DNA of 64,000 nucleotides from an uncultured Candidatus Saccharibacteria bacterium (GTDB lineage: Bacteria; Patescibacteriota; Minisyncoccia; Phycocordibacterales; CAYSCM01), in NCBI GenBank assembly GCA_964429815.1, contig CAYSCM010000001.1, positions 32,001-96,000 on the forward strand, written 5' to 3'. The notes under the pieces were generated by a model, which saw nothing but the letters and a program-made list of their open reading frames with translations, searched no databases and was not told the DNA's origin. Positions within the stretch are counted from its first letter, which is position 1, and each line of letters starts with the position of its first letter. Positions 26,997-36,331 of this stretch are shown here, one piece after another. A program made the translations under genes and the position numbers.

Positions 26997-27907
26997 GATA
27001 GTCTTCGCTTTATCGCGATCCGAAGAGCCTTGAGCGCTTCCCGACCGGAAACGATCGGCCTTGGCCACTCCGAGAACCATTCAGGAAGGATAGGGAACCG
27101 CTTCTCCGCTCTGAGTTGCACGTTATTTGCCTTGATGGCTCCGCCGAGAAGTTCCATGCTCTTCCCCGCTCGGCCGTGCGCATAGAAAAAGGCGCGCATA
27201 TCTTTCGGCAGACAATGCCCGCCGAAGGCTTTGCCATAGCGGAGGTACGGCTTTCGTTCGAACAAAAAATTGACGACGTTCTCTATTTTGGAGAGCTCCT
27301 TTTGGCTGGTCGGGGTTCCCATCGCGTTACCGAATTCATTCACGAATGCGATACGCATGGCATTCCAGACATTCGACAAATATTTTATGTACGATGCTTC
27401 TTCGGGGGTGCCTGCGAAAGATTTCACCGAACGTTTACGCCACTCATCGAGAAAGCTCGGTTTCTTTTTCCCGGTGCGTGCGCCAACGACGAAGTAGTAC
27501 GGATTGAGGCATTCCTCTACCGCCTTCTTTTCGTGCAAAAATTCAGGAACATAGAAATCAAATGCGAGTTTATCCAGTGATTGTGGTATGACGGTAGAGC
27601 GTAGTATGACCGTCCCCTTCGCTCCCTTCAGGGTCTCAAGGGCTTTTTCTATCGGGGAAACATCCTGAATGCCTTCTTCGGATACGCGATCGCCCACACA
27701 GACCACGTACACGGTGTTCGGGCCATCGTGTTCACGTGCGTGCGAGAGAGAAGCGATTTCCGAGCATTCTTTCTGATATTTTGGGACGTATTTGAGCGAA
27801 GTCTCTGCCACGTCATAGCAAAAAACCGGATATCTCATGATCCGCAGCGAGATGGCATTTGCTTGGCCGACCCAACCGTATCCAACGATGACAATCGTCT
27901 CCTTCAT
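26978..27907 (-). CDS. UDP-glucose/GDP-mannose 6-dehydrogenase-family protein, short form (lacks the usual C-terminal UDP-binding domain)
   Basis: VGYGWVGQ is the N-terminal NAD-binding GxGxxG motif. GGHCLPKD is the catalytic Cys motif (GGxCxPKD). It is only 309 aa, whereas UGDH-family members are typically about 390-450 aa. Confidence 0.6.
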   Translation of the reverse strand: MKETIVIVGYGWVGQANAISLRIMRYPVFCYDVAETSLKYVPKYQKECSEIASLSHAREHDGPNTVYVVCVGDRVSEEGIQDVSPIEKALETLKGAKGTVILRSTVIPQSLDKLAFDFYVPEFLHEKKAVEECLNPYYFVVGARTGKKKPSFLDEWRKRSVKSFAGTPEEASYIKYLSNVWNAMRIAFVNEFGNAMGTPTSQKELSKIENVVNFLFERKPYLRYGKAFGGHCLPKDMRAFFYAHGRAGKSMELLGGAIKANNVQLRAEKRFPILPEWFSEWPRPIVSGREALKALRIAIKRRLSWQKEF

Positions 27908-27936
27908 GGCGAAAAACTATAACATAAAAATGGCCT

Positions 27937-29073
27937 TTAGGTAACGGCCCGAAGGGACTCGAGAATGAGGCGCGCCCGCGCTTCCCAGCTGTAGCGTTTC
28001 GCGAGTTCGCGAGCGACCCGACCTCGATCCACAAATTTGCCCCGAAGTCCTTCGAGCACCGTTTTCAAAAGAATTTCCCCATCGCCAGCGGGAACGAATG
28101 CCGCCTCCCGGTCGGAGAGAATTTCCCGCACCGAGGGAAGATCCGTCGTGACAATAGGAATTCCGCTCGCCATGTAGCTGAACATTTTAAGCGGTGACAT
28201 AAACTTGGCGTAGTGTTCCGTGTTTGGATAGTTCATGACGTGCACGTTGGCGGCTCGGAAATAACCGACCATGTCCTTTTGTGATGGAGTAGCATTAATA
28301 TGAAATTGACTATCTCGAAGACCGGCAGAGTGTGCCATATCGATCGCACGAGCCCTATCGACCTGCGACATACCAGCAAGAAGTAAATACGCGTTTGGTT
28401 CCTCATGGAGTAGTTTCGGAAACAGACGTATAAGCTCCTCGACGCCCTTGCCCCTTCCCATGGTGTGGAGTGCCCCTACATACCCGACCACCTTCGCTTC
28501 GGAGGGGATGCCGTTGCCCCGACGCCACACTCCTACATCAAACGGCTCACGGTAGGGTCGCACATCGACTCCATCGTGAGCTACCACGATCTTCCCAGGA
28601 TCCACCCCTTCGCTCTTCAGAAGCTCTGCGTGTGCTCCCGTGATGGCAACAATGAGCCGAGCACGTTGAAATAGAATTCGAGCGAATCGATTCAGTTTTT
28701 TGGTGTGAACTTCCCACACTACCCTCCCCGTTTTTGCGACAAGAGAAAGCGCCACCTCATCACGACCGTAGATGATATCCGCTCTCGAACTGCGAGCGTA
28801 GAGGTACGAAGCGAAAGCAAACGTTACCACCTGTACGAAAAAGCCAGCGCTCCCGAATCGCACGAGGTCGAGCGAGAAAAGCCTTACGATGCGAAACTGC
28901 GTGCGCACATCATAAAACTCAAACGGATCGACAGCAAGCCGACCGAAGCGCCACGGTACTGCGAGAATCACCTCATGGCCTTCACGGGCAAAGGCCTCGC
29001 ACATCTTCACGACCTGGAGGCCATGCGCCTTCTCGGTCGGCAGTCGGATGTTGGCGACGTAGAGGATTTTCAT
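27937..29073 (-). CDS. Glycosyltransferase family 4 (GT-B)
   Basis: The GT4 C-terminal domain pattern is present (YPNTEHYAKFMSPLKMFSYMASGIPIVTTDLPSVREIL). Confidence 0.75.
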   Translation of the reverse strand: MKILYVANIRLPTEKAHGLQVVKMCEAFAREGHEVILAVPWRFGRLAVDPFEFYDVRTQFRIVRLFSLDLVRFGSAGFFVQVVTFAFASYLYARSSRADIIYGRDEVALSLVAKTGRVVWEVHTKKLNRFARILFQRARLIVAITGAHAELLKSEGVDPGKIVVAHDGVDVRPYREPFDVGVWRRGNGIPSEAKVVGYVGALHTMGRGKGVEELIRLFPKLLHEEPNAYLLLAGMSQVDRARAIDMAHSAGLRDSQFHINATPSQKDMVGYFRAANVHVMNYPNTEHYAKFMSPLKMFSYMASGIPIVTTDLPSVREILSDREAAFVPAGDGEILLKTVLEGLRGKFVDRGRVARELAKRYSWEARARLILESLRAVT

Positions 29074-29876
29074 AGACTCCTGCGACGCTTATAGAGAAAA
29101 TTGAGCCAGCCGAACGCTAGGTTAAATGCGAGCTGCCGTGTCCACGAAAGATTCTCCTTCCAGGACTCATCGAGCTCTATTTTCTCACTCGCTTCCCCCT
29201 TCATACGGTTGCCACTTATTTGATGATGCGGAAAGGCCCGAAAAGAGAGCATGGCGGGTTCGTAGGAGAGGCCGACCGCTTCCAAGATGCGGGCGAGGGA
29301 TTCCTGCGGATGCGCAACAAGCTCCTCATAGCGCAAGAACAGGTAGCGCGCTTTGACCCTCCTGCGCAGAAGCTCGACTTTGGCGTTCATGAAAAACCAG
29401 CGCGAGAGCGAGAACCACACATGGGCTCCATATTTACGCAGATAGGATGAAAATACCCCGCGCCCGTCTCGCACTACGTGCACGATTACGGGGTCGGGGA
29501 GCGCCCGGCACATGAGTTCGGTATAGTCAGCGTTCTTTGATGAGTCGACAACGACCGAGGCCCCCTTGGTAGCGGCAGCCTTGGTATAGATGGTACGGAC
29601 ACGTTCTCGGTACTGCGCGATGTCGACCGCCTTCCCTGTCTTGGCGTAACGATAATTTTTTGAGCCGAATAGAAAACCGCTTTTGCTTCGGGCTACGTCA
29701 AAGAGTTCCCCTTTCGGGAGAATGTCCCGCCAAAAAGGGTCACTGGTGGGGTCCGAATCCTCCGAGACGAGCTCGCCGATGCCGATGACTTTCGAATGTG
29801 AGTCGAGAAGAAGGTCCAGGAGTGTTGAGCCACTGTGCCCACTTCCGAGGATAAAGAGTACTTGGGGGATTCGCAT
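29070..29876 (-). CDS. Sulfotransferase family protein (second, P-loop GSGxSGST type)
   Basis: FILGSGHSGSTLL is a PAPS 5'-phosphate-binding loop. VHVVRDGRGVFSS is a 3'-PB-like RDxRxxxxS motif. The start is probably the ATG at 29876 (MRIPQVLFILG); the ORF track extends to 29924. Confidence 0.65.
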   Translation of the reverse strand: MRIPQVLFILGSGHSGSTLLDLLLDSHSKVIGIGELVSEDSDPTSDPFWRDILPKGELFDVARSKSGFLFGSKNYRYAKTGKAVDIAQYRERVRTIYTKAAATKGASVVVDSSKNADYTELMCRALPDPVIVHVVRDGRGVFSSYLRKYGAHVWFSLSRWFFMNAKVELLRRRVKARYLFLRYEELVAHPQESLARILEAVGLSYEPAMLSFRAFPHHQISGNRMKGEASEKIELDESWKENLSWTRQLAFNLAFGWLNFLYKRRRSL

Positions 29877-29938
29877 GAGAGTGAGTGTTACACGTAAACT
29901 AAATCGACATCGGGAAAGTTGCAATGAGGAGCCTGCGT

Positions 29939-29966
29939 TTTACTTGTGGCGCTGAGGGGATATAAT
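29939..29966 (+). promoter_or_regulatory. Candidate promoter with perfect -10 TATAAT (29961-29966), 8 nt upstream of the C-methyltransferase ATG (leaderless-type)
   Basis: TTTACT, then 16 nt, then TATAAT. No SD lies between the -10 and the ATG at 29975. Confidence 0.4.
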
Positions 29967-29974
29967 CCTTACCT

Positions 29975-31243
29975 ATGGACGACCGGGAACGTAGGGTGTG
30001 CCGTATATCCGGCGAGCCTCTCACCGAACTTTTCACACTCGGCGAACTTTACATTTCCGATTTCATCCCGCGAGAGGGAAAGCCCCGTATGAAAAACAAG
30101 GTTGAACTTAAGCTTATGCTTGCACCAAAATCCGGTTTGGTACAGCTCGCGCACACCGCCCCTTTCGATGAGATGTACGGCGAGTATTGGTACCGCTCGG
30201 GCACCAATGAGACCATGCGTCGGGAGCTTAAGGACATCGCAGATTCCGCTTCAAGACTTATGCGACTTGCGAAGGGAGACGTGGTAATTGACATCGGCTG
30301 TAATGACGGGACGCTTTTGAGTTTCCTGGGCACCGAGGTCGTCCGCATAGGCTTTGACCCCGCACGCGGAGACTATCCCGAGCTTGCAAAAAAACATGCA
30401 GACCTTGTCGTGACCGACTACTTCACCTGCGCTGCGTTCAAAAAATCGAGCTTTGGCAAGCAAAGGGCTAAGGTTATCACATCGATCGCGATGTTTTATG
30501 ACCTCGAGAAGCCCGATGAGTTCGTTGCGGATATTGCCGAGGCTCTCGACGATGAAGGACTTTGGATAATACAGATGAGCTACACTCCGCTCATGCTCAA
30601 GCAGTTGGCCTTTGACAACATCTGCCACGAGCACCTTGAGTACTATACGCTCCATTCGCTCCAGTACCTCCTCGCGAAGCATGGGCTCAAGGTCGTTGAC
30701 TGTCAGCTCAATGACGTCAATGGAGGGAGTTTCAGGATCTATATCCGCAAGGAGAAAGCTACTCCCGCCACATTTGCGACCGCGCCATACCGTTATGTAG
30801 CGCAATTCCGGGTCGATTCCATACTCGCGTATGAGAAAACCCTCAACCTAACCGACCCGAAGACCTACCTCGACTTTTTCGAACACGCGAAACGATTGAA
30901 AAAAGAAACCGTCGACTTTATCGTATCCGAAAAGAAAAAGGGTAAGAAGATCTGGGCGTATGGGGCCTCCACCAAGGGCAATACACTCCTGCAGTGGTTC
31001 GGTCTCAATGAGACCCACATCGACGGCATAGCGGAGCGCTCTCCGGCAAAGTTCGGGCTCAAGACAGTGGGCAGTAATATCCCAATTTATTCAGAAGAGG
31101 AGATGCGGGCCGCAAAGCCCGATTACCTTTTGGTCCTGCCGTGGCACTTTATCGAAGAGTTCGTGCGGCGAGAACAGGCGTTCCTCAACGGCGGCGGGAA
31201 ATTCATAGTTCCCTGCCCGAAGTTCGAAATAGTTGGCGCCTAG
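29975..31243 (+). CDS. NDP-sugar C-methyltransferase (TylCIII/NovU-like: zinc-ribbon N-terminus, class I methyltransferase core, C-methyltransferase C-terminal domain)
   Basis: CRISGEPLTELFTLGELYISDF is the putative Zn-binding N-terminal domain of sugar C3-methyltransferases. VIDIGCNDG is motif I. It is about 420 aa, the typical size for the family. Confidence 0.7.
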   Translation: MDDRERRVCRISGEPLTELFTLGELYISDFIPREGKPRMKNKVELKLMLAPKSGLVQLAHTAPFDEMYGEYWYRSGTNETMRRELKDIADSASRLMRLAKGDVVIDIGCNDGTLLSFLGTEVVRIGFDPARGDYPELAKKHADLVVTDYFTCAAFKKSSFGKQRAKVITSIAMFYDLEKPDEFVADIAEALDDEGLWIIQMSYTPLMLKQLAFDNICHEHLEYYTLHSLQYLLAKHGLKVVDCQLNDVNGGSFRIYIRKEKATPATFATAPYRYVAQFRVDSILAYEKTLNLTDPKTYLDFFEHAKRLKKETVDFIVSEKKKGKKIWAYGASTKGNTLLQWFGLNETHIDGIAERSPAKFGLKTVGSNIPIYSEEEMRAAKPDYLLVLPWHFIEEFVRREQAFLNGGGKFIVPCPKFEIVGA

Positions 31244-31246
31244 TCG

Positions 31247-32251
31247 TTATTCCCTCCTCTGAGCCGCCTCTACCATTTCTTCGACTAGTTCCTTGAAGGA
31301 AATCTTTGGCTCCCATTCGAGCTCCTCAGCAATTTTTGCGTTGTCTCCACGGCGCGGATACATTTCCGCAGGGCGATAGAACTCGCTCGCCACGCGCACA
31401 CGCACAGTACCGGACGGGTCCACTCCGACCTCATATTGCCCTTCCGCTTTCCACGCGATATCCATACCAAGACGTTTCGCAGCTATTTCGATAAACTCCC
31501 GTACGGTATGGGCCCTGCCAGAGGCTATGACGTAGGACTCCGCCCTATCGTGCTGCAGGGTCTTCCAAACGGCTTGGACGACGTCTCTGGCGTGTGACCA
31601 ATCGCGCCTCACATCGAGATTCCCTATCCGCAACTCCTGCTCTTTCCCCAGAGAAATGCGCGCGAGCGTCGTCGCTATTTTTTGGGTCACGAATTCCCTT
31701 CCACGACGAGGACTCTCGTGATTAAAAAGAATTCCAGACACGGAAAAAATATGGTGGTCACGCCGATATGCCTCGATAAGGTTATGCGCAGCTGTTTTTC
31801 CGACGCCGTAGGGGTTGCAGGGCCGAAAGGGCGTATTCTCATTTTGCGGGCTTTCTGACGCTTCGCCGTACATTTCTGCCGATGATGCTTGGAACAGTCT
31901 CGATCCAGGCAAAAATTCTCGCATCGCCTCGAGGATAGTGAGGGGAACGAACGCAGTGCTCTCAAGGGTTTTGCGCGGGTTCTCCCAGGGGTTTGCCACC
32001 GTGCTCACCGAGGCAAGATTATATATTTCATCGGGACAGACGACTTTGAGCTGTTCGCGTAAAAAGTGAGAGTCGGTCACATCCCCTGCGGAGAGCGCGA
32101 CCCCGGTAACGTCTTTAAGATTTTCCTTCGTCGAACCTGCGCGTTCAATGCCGAACACCCGATATCCCTTTTGAAGCAAAAGTTCGGCCAAGTAGGAACC
32201 GTCTTGGCCGCCGATCCCCGTGATAAGGGCTGTTGTTGCCTTCTCTCTCAT
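31247..32251 (-). CDS. gmd: GDP-mannose 4,6-dehydratase
   Basis: ALITGIGGQDGSYLAELLL and GILFNHESPRRG are GMD signatures. Confidence 0.85.
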   Translation of the reverse strand: MREKATTALITGIGGQDGSYLAELLLQKGYRVFGIERAGSTKENLKDVTGVALSAGDVTDSHFLREQLKVVCPDEIYNLASVSTVANPWENPRKTLESTAFVPLTILEAMREFLPGSRLFQASSAEMYGEASESPQNENTPFRPCNPYGVGKTAAHNLIEAYRRDHHIFSVSGILFNHESPRRGREFVTQKIATTLARISLGKEQELRIGNLDVRRDWSHARDVVQAVWKTLQHDRAESYVIASGRAHTVREFIEIAAKRLGMDIAWKAEGQYEVGVDPSGTVRVRVASEFYRPAEMYPRRGDNAKIAEELEWEPKISFKELVEEMVEAAQRRE

Positions 32252-33283
32252 CTATTCATCTCCCCCCTTCTTATGGCCCGCGATAAGTCGTAGGTCCGAT
32301 TCAACCATCATCTCTACGAGATCTTGAAACGATACCTTCGGCTTCCACCCCAATTCCCGCAGGGCTTTGGTGGAATCGCCCTCAAGAGCCTCAACCTCCT
32401 GTGGTCGGAAGAAGCGCGAATTGACTTCGATGATACATTTTCCGTGCTGATCGTATCCCTTTTCTTCGAGTCCCTTCCCCCTCCACGTAATGTCGATCCC
32501 AAGCGCATGACACACCGCTGCGACAAGATCTCTCACGGTGTGGGACTTTCCTGTGGCGATAACATAATTCGAGGGTCGCGCAGGCTGGAGCATCATCCAC
32601 ATCGCCTCGACGTAATCTCCCGCAAAGCCCCAATCGCGTTTGGCCCCAAGGTTCCCTAGCCTTACTTTTTCCTGAAGTCCAAGTTTGATTTTCACCAATG
32701 AGTGGGTAAGTTTGCGTGTCACGAAGTGCTTGCCGCGGCGAGGACTTTCATGGTTGAACAATATTCCGGAGACAGCGTACTTACCTTCTTTTTGCCAGGC
32801 ACTCACAAGCTCATGTGAATGCAGTTTCGAGACCGCATACGGGCTTACTGGCTGAAATGGGCTCGCCTCGCTCTGCGGTGGCGGGGTGCTGCCGAACATT
32901 TCGCTAGTCGAAGCCTGATACACTTTCACTTTCGGGTTGCGACGGAATGCTTCAGTGCCAAGGCGTTCGAGGCCTTTGAAGTTTATATCGTCGGTCTCAT
33001 CGGGACAGAGAAACGAAACACCGACATGCGATTGTGCCGCAAGATTGTAGATCTCATCAGGTTTGGCTTCCTCAAGCGCTCGCACGATGGTCGGCATGTC
33101 GCGCATATTCCCATACATGAGATCGATCTCACCCTTGATATAGAGATCCTCTATCCGCACGAAAGGGTCCGTGCTGGTGCGGCGCATAAATCCGAATACT
33201 CGGTACCCTTTTCGTATCAGAAGCTCAGCCAGGTAGGAACCGTCCTGCCCCGTGATGCCTGTTATAAGAGCCCGTTTTTGCAT
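32252..33283 (-). CDS. GDP-mannose 4,6-dehydratase, second tandem paralog (possibly GDP-heptose- or GDP-mannose-specific)
   Basis: ALITGITGQDGSYLAELLI and GILFNHESPRRG are GMD signatures. It is immediately adjacent to the first gmd, with 1 nt between them. Confidence 0.85.
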   Translation of the reverse strand: MQKRALITGITGQDGSYLAELLIRKGYRVFGFMRRTSTDPFVRIEDLYIKGEIDLMYGNMRDMPTIVRALEEAKPDEIYNLAAQSHVGVSFLCPDETDDINFKGLERLGTEAFRRNPKVKVYQASTSEMFGSTPPPQSEASPFQPVSPYAVSKLHSHELVSAWQKEGKYAVSGILFNHESPRRGKHFVTRKLTHSLVKIKLGLQEKVRLGNLGAKRDWGFAGDYVEAMWMMLQPARPSNYVIATGKSHTVRDLVAAVCHALGIDITWRGKGLEEKGYDQHGKCIIEVNSRFFRPQEVEALEGDSTKALRELGWKPKVSFQDLVEMMVESDLRLIAGHKKGGDE

Positions 33284-33291
33284 AGGGAAAA

Positions 33292-34515
33292 CTATACACT
33301 AGCGAGCGCCTCCCTGATAACTTCCTCCACCCGTTCACGGGAAAACAAGCTCTGCGAACACGCAACCGCCGCACGGGACATGGCCGCACGGACGGCGACA
33401 TTGCGTAGCGTTGAAAGCGCGGAGAGATACTCCTTAGCCGTCTCGGCATAGAACACTTCCTTCCCGTTTTCGAAGGGATAACCGACCGTACTGTACTTGG
33501 ACGTTATGAGCGGGACGCCACGCACCAGGGGTTCGAACACTTTTCCCTGCATGCCGACGCGCTTCGGGGATGGGACTAGGGCGATATCCATCGAACGCAC
33601 GTAGGTCGGAAATTCTTCGGAGGGGATGAAGCCGTCGTGGATGATCGTTTTTCCGTCGATATATTTCCGAAAATAATCGGGGAGTCGTGTGCCGGAGATA
33701 TGGAGCTCGTAGGCACCTGGAGAAGATCTTGCAAGTTCTGGCATGATGCGCCCCAGAATGAACTGAAGTGCCTTGCGGTTGTGGGATATGGCGTAGGAAG
33801 ATCCCAAAAAGAGCACCCGCAGCGGTTTCATCTCGCGAATAGGGTGAGATTCCCCTATGAGAGCGGGAAGCCATCGAAGCGGCAGCACTTCGACTTTCCG
33901 TGCTCCTAGACGCGCGTAGGCGGCTGCGTCGTTGGGATTGAGCGCTAGGATAAGTGTACTTTTTTTAGAGACCAGCCACTCGCTCATGAGTTTTATGAGA
34001 TAGCGTGGAATAGTTAGAAGCGAACGTTCGTGTTCCTCGAGGAAATGACGTGCTTCGAAATTTATCGATCGCGTTATTATCGGGATTCCGCGCGAACGAA
34101 CTTCTCCATAGAGTGGCCACAGATAGGTGTAGTCGAACCAAACAACGTCCGGCTGAAATGTGTTGAGTTCTTCCGCCAGTACCCTCCTCGTCAGCGGGTC
34201 ACTATACTCAAACGCCGCCCCGTCCCAAAGCCGCGGATCGATGAGACGCCGCAGGAAGCGCCCGAGACGCTCCTGGGTCGACCTCTCTCGGGCGAACGAG
34301 TAGGTGACTGGCCGTATTGGAATTCCCCACGTCCTCTGCGCTTCCTCCACCGCGCTCCTATCCGAAGGGACGACCATGACGATGACCCGCACCCTGCAGC
34401 CAAGCTTTTGGAGAAGCTTGATGCCCATGCCCCGATCAAGTTCATCGGCTCCCTGCATGGAAAAGGGGGTGCGAGGCGTTACCACCAGCACTTTCTTGCC
34501 GCGGATCCCTTCCAT
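33292..34515 (-). CDS. Glycosyltransferase (GT-B fold, GT4/GT1-like)
   Basis: The C-terminal GFIPSEEFPTYVRSMDIALVPS...GMQGKVFEPLVRGVPLITS matches the GT-B donor domain. Confidence 0.65.
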   Translation of the reverse strand: MEGIRGKKVLVVTPRTPFSMQGADELDRGMGIKLLQKLGCRVRVIVMVVPSDRSAVEEAQRTWGIPIRPVTYSFARERSTQERLGRFLRRLIDPRLWDGAAFEYSDPLTRRVLAEELNTFQPDVVWFDYTYLWPLYGEVRSRGIPIITRSINFEARHFLEEHERSLLTIPRYLIKLMSEWLVSKKSTLILALNPNDAAAYARLGARKVEVLPLRWLPALIGESHPIREMKPLRVLFLGSSYAISHNRKALQFILGRIMPELARSSPGAYELHISGTRLPDYFRKYIDGKTIIHDGFIPSEEFPTYVRSMDIALVPSPKRVGMQGKVFEPLVRGVPLITSKYSTVGYPFENGKEVFYAETAKEYLSALSTLRNVAVRAAMSRAAVACSQSLFSRERVEEVIREALASV

Positions 34516-34516
34516 G

Positions 34517-36331
34517 TTAGGTTTTTATGGAAAATGCTTTCGCCCACAGCTGGAACACCAGGAGACTCCACAGGCTTTGGAGATGATATCCGCCTTGCTG
34601 GTGGTCCTTGCGAAGCCGTTCTATCTCATGCCAGTTAAAAAGGCTTTTTGTTTCGACGTAAAATGATGGAGAAAGTACCTCCCTGGCAAATGCTGCGACG
34701 TCGGGACGACGCAGCCACTTTGCGGCTGGAGAAAACCACCCCCTTTTTTCCTGGCTGAGGAGAAACTCCGGCACATGACCGCGGAGCGCCTCTTTGTAGA
34801 GTATTTTTTTATCAAACGACGAAATGAGATCGCTCTGGGATAATCGATCCGCGAAGGAAAGAAGCTCCAGGTCGAGGAGCGGCACGCGCACCTCAAGCCC
34901 CGCGGCCATCCCCATCTTATCGGTACGCAGTAGCGCCTCATCGACAAGCCAATTCTTTCTGTCGACGGCCATGAACTGTTTTTCAAATGACTTCTCTACC
35001 GTCGGGAATCTGTTGCTCAGATATTCGAGGACGGGCTCACTATTGTTGTCACCTTTTTCAAGAATCGCTTGCACAGTATCCTCCGTTTGCAACATGAACC
35101 ACGCGAAACGCTCTCCTCCCTCTTCTGTCGACAGGGGTTTTAGTTTTTTATTGAGCAACCCGAGCTTTGAAAATAGCGGAATGCGACGAAGTAAACTTAG
35201 CTGATGTGATTTGCGATAACGCTCATATCCACCAAAGAGTTCATCGCCCCCGTCACCTGCGAGAGCTACTGCAACCTGCGGTTTTGTGAATTCCGCAAGT
35301 TTGAGCATAGAAAGCGACGTCGGATTCCAGTTTGGATCATCGAGATGCCAAACCGCCTTTTCGAGATAGGGGATAACCTCTGTGGCGGAAAAGAGGACAC
35401 TATGATGTTCAACACCAAACTGTGCCGCAGCGCGCTTGGCAAGTTCAAGATCTGCATTGAATTTTTCTTTTTGCTCTCCCTCCTCAAGTTCAAACCCTAC
35501 GCTAAACGTTTTCAGTTTGTGTCCCGTCTCAAAGAGAGCTGCCAGGATAGCATTTGAATCTAGGCCTCCCGAAAGATAGAGCCCTACTGGGCGATCAGAA
35601 ACAAGTTGGCGACTTACGCCCCCCTTCAACACTTCCCATAGCTTGTGCGCGCGGTCTGTTCGGTCCGCTGGCAGGAAAATCTCTCTCTCATACGCTTGGT
35701 ATGTGCTAAGTGATATTTCGCCACGACGGTACTTGAGCACCTGACCTGGTTGAATACGAGATATGCTCTCAAACATTGTCGTGGGTCCTGGCGTATAGAG
35801 AAATCGGAAATAGAGATTGAGCGAATCGCGATTAAGTTTTCGAGTAATTCCCGTTTCGAGGAGCGCCTTGATCTCCGAAGAAAAAAAGAGCTCGTTATCC
35901 TTTTCTAGATAGTAAAGAGGCTTGATGCCGACCGGGTCGCGCACGAGATAGAGAGTTTCTTCTCTCTCGTCCCAGAGCGCAAAAGCAAACATGCCATTGA
36001 AACGTGAGAGGCAGTCAACTCCCCATCTCTCCCACGCCGCCAAGATAACTTCGGTATCGCTCTCGCTCCGAAAGGGGTAGGCCGGCAATTCTTTCTTGAT
36101 ATCGCGGTAGTTGTAGAGTTCTCCGTTGTAGGTAATGGTGAATCGCCCGTCGTGGCTTGCCATCGGCTGTTTGCCACCCTCGGAGAGGTCAATGATAGCG
36201 AGGCGATTGTGCCCCAAGGTTACTTTCCCAGCCCAAAGCCCCGTGCCGTCGGGGCCCCGGTGGTTGGTTTCTTTATTCATCCGCTCAACAAGAGCGGAGT
36301 GACTTCCCGTACATCCGTTAATGCCGCACAT
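34517..36331 (-). CDS. Asparagine synthetase (glutamine-hydrolysing) family amidotransferase (AsnB/WbpS-like)
   Basis: The N-terminal MCGI has the Ntn Cys2. SGGLDS is the PP-loop ATP pyrophosphatase motif. It is 604 aa. Confidence 0.85.
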   Translation of the reverse strand: MCGINGCTGSHSALVERMNKETNHRGPDGTGLWAGKVTLGHNRLAIIDLSEGGKQPMASHDGRFTITYNGELYNYRDIKKELPAYPFRSESDTEVILAAWERWGVDCLSRFNGMFAFALWDEREETLYLVRDPVGIKPLYYLEKDNELFFSSEIKALLETGITRKLNRDSLNLYFRFLYTPGPTTMFESISRIQPGQVLKYRRGEISLSTYQAYEREIFLPADRTDRAHKLWEVLKGGVSRQLVSDRPVGLYLSGGLDSNAILAALFETGHKLKTFSVGFELEEGEQKEKFNADLELAKRAAAQFGVEHHSVLFSATEVIPYLEKAVWHLDDPNWNPTSLSMLKLAEFTKPQVAVALAGDGGDELFGGYERYRKSHQLSLLRRIPLFSKLGLLNKKLKPLSTEEGGERFAWFMLQTEDTVQAILEKGDNNSEPVLEYLSNRFPTVEKSFEKQFMAVDRKNWLVDEALLRTDKMGMAAGLEVRVPLLDLELLSFADRLSQSDLISSFDKKILYKEALRGHVPEFLLSQEKRGWFSPAAKWLRRPDVAAFAREVLSPSFYVETKSLFNWHEIERLRKDHQQGGYHLQSLWSLLVFQLWAKAFSIKT

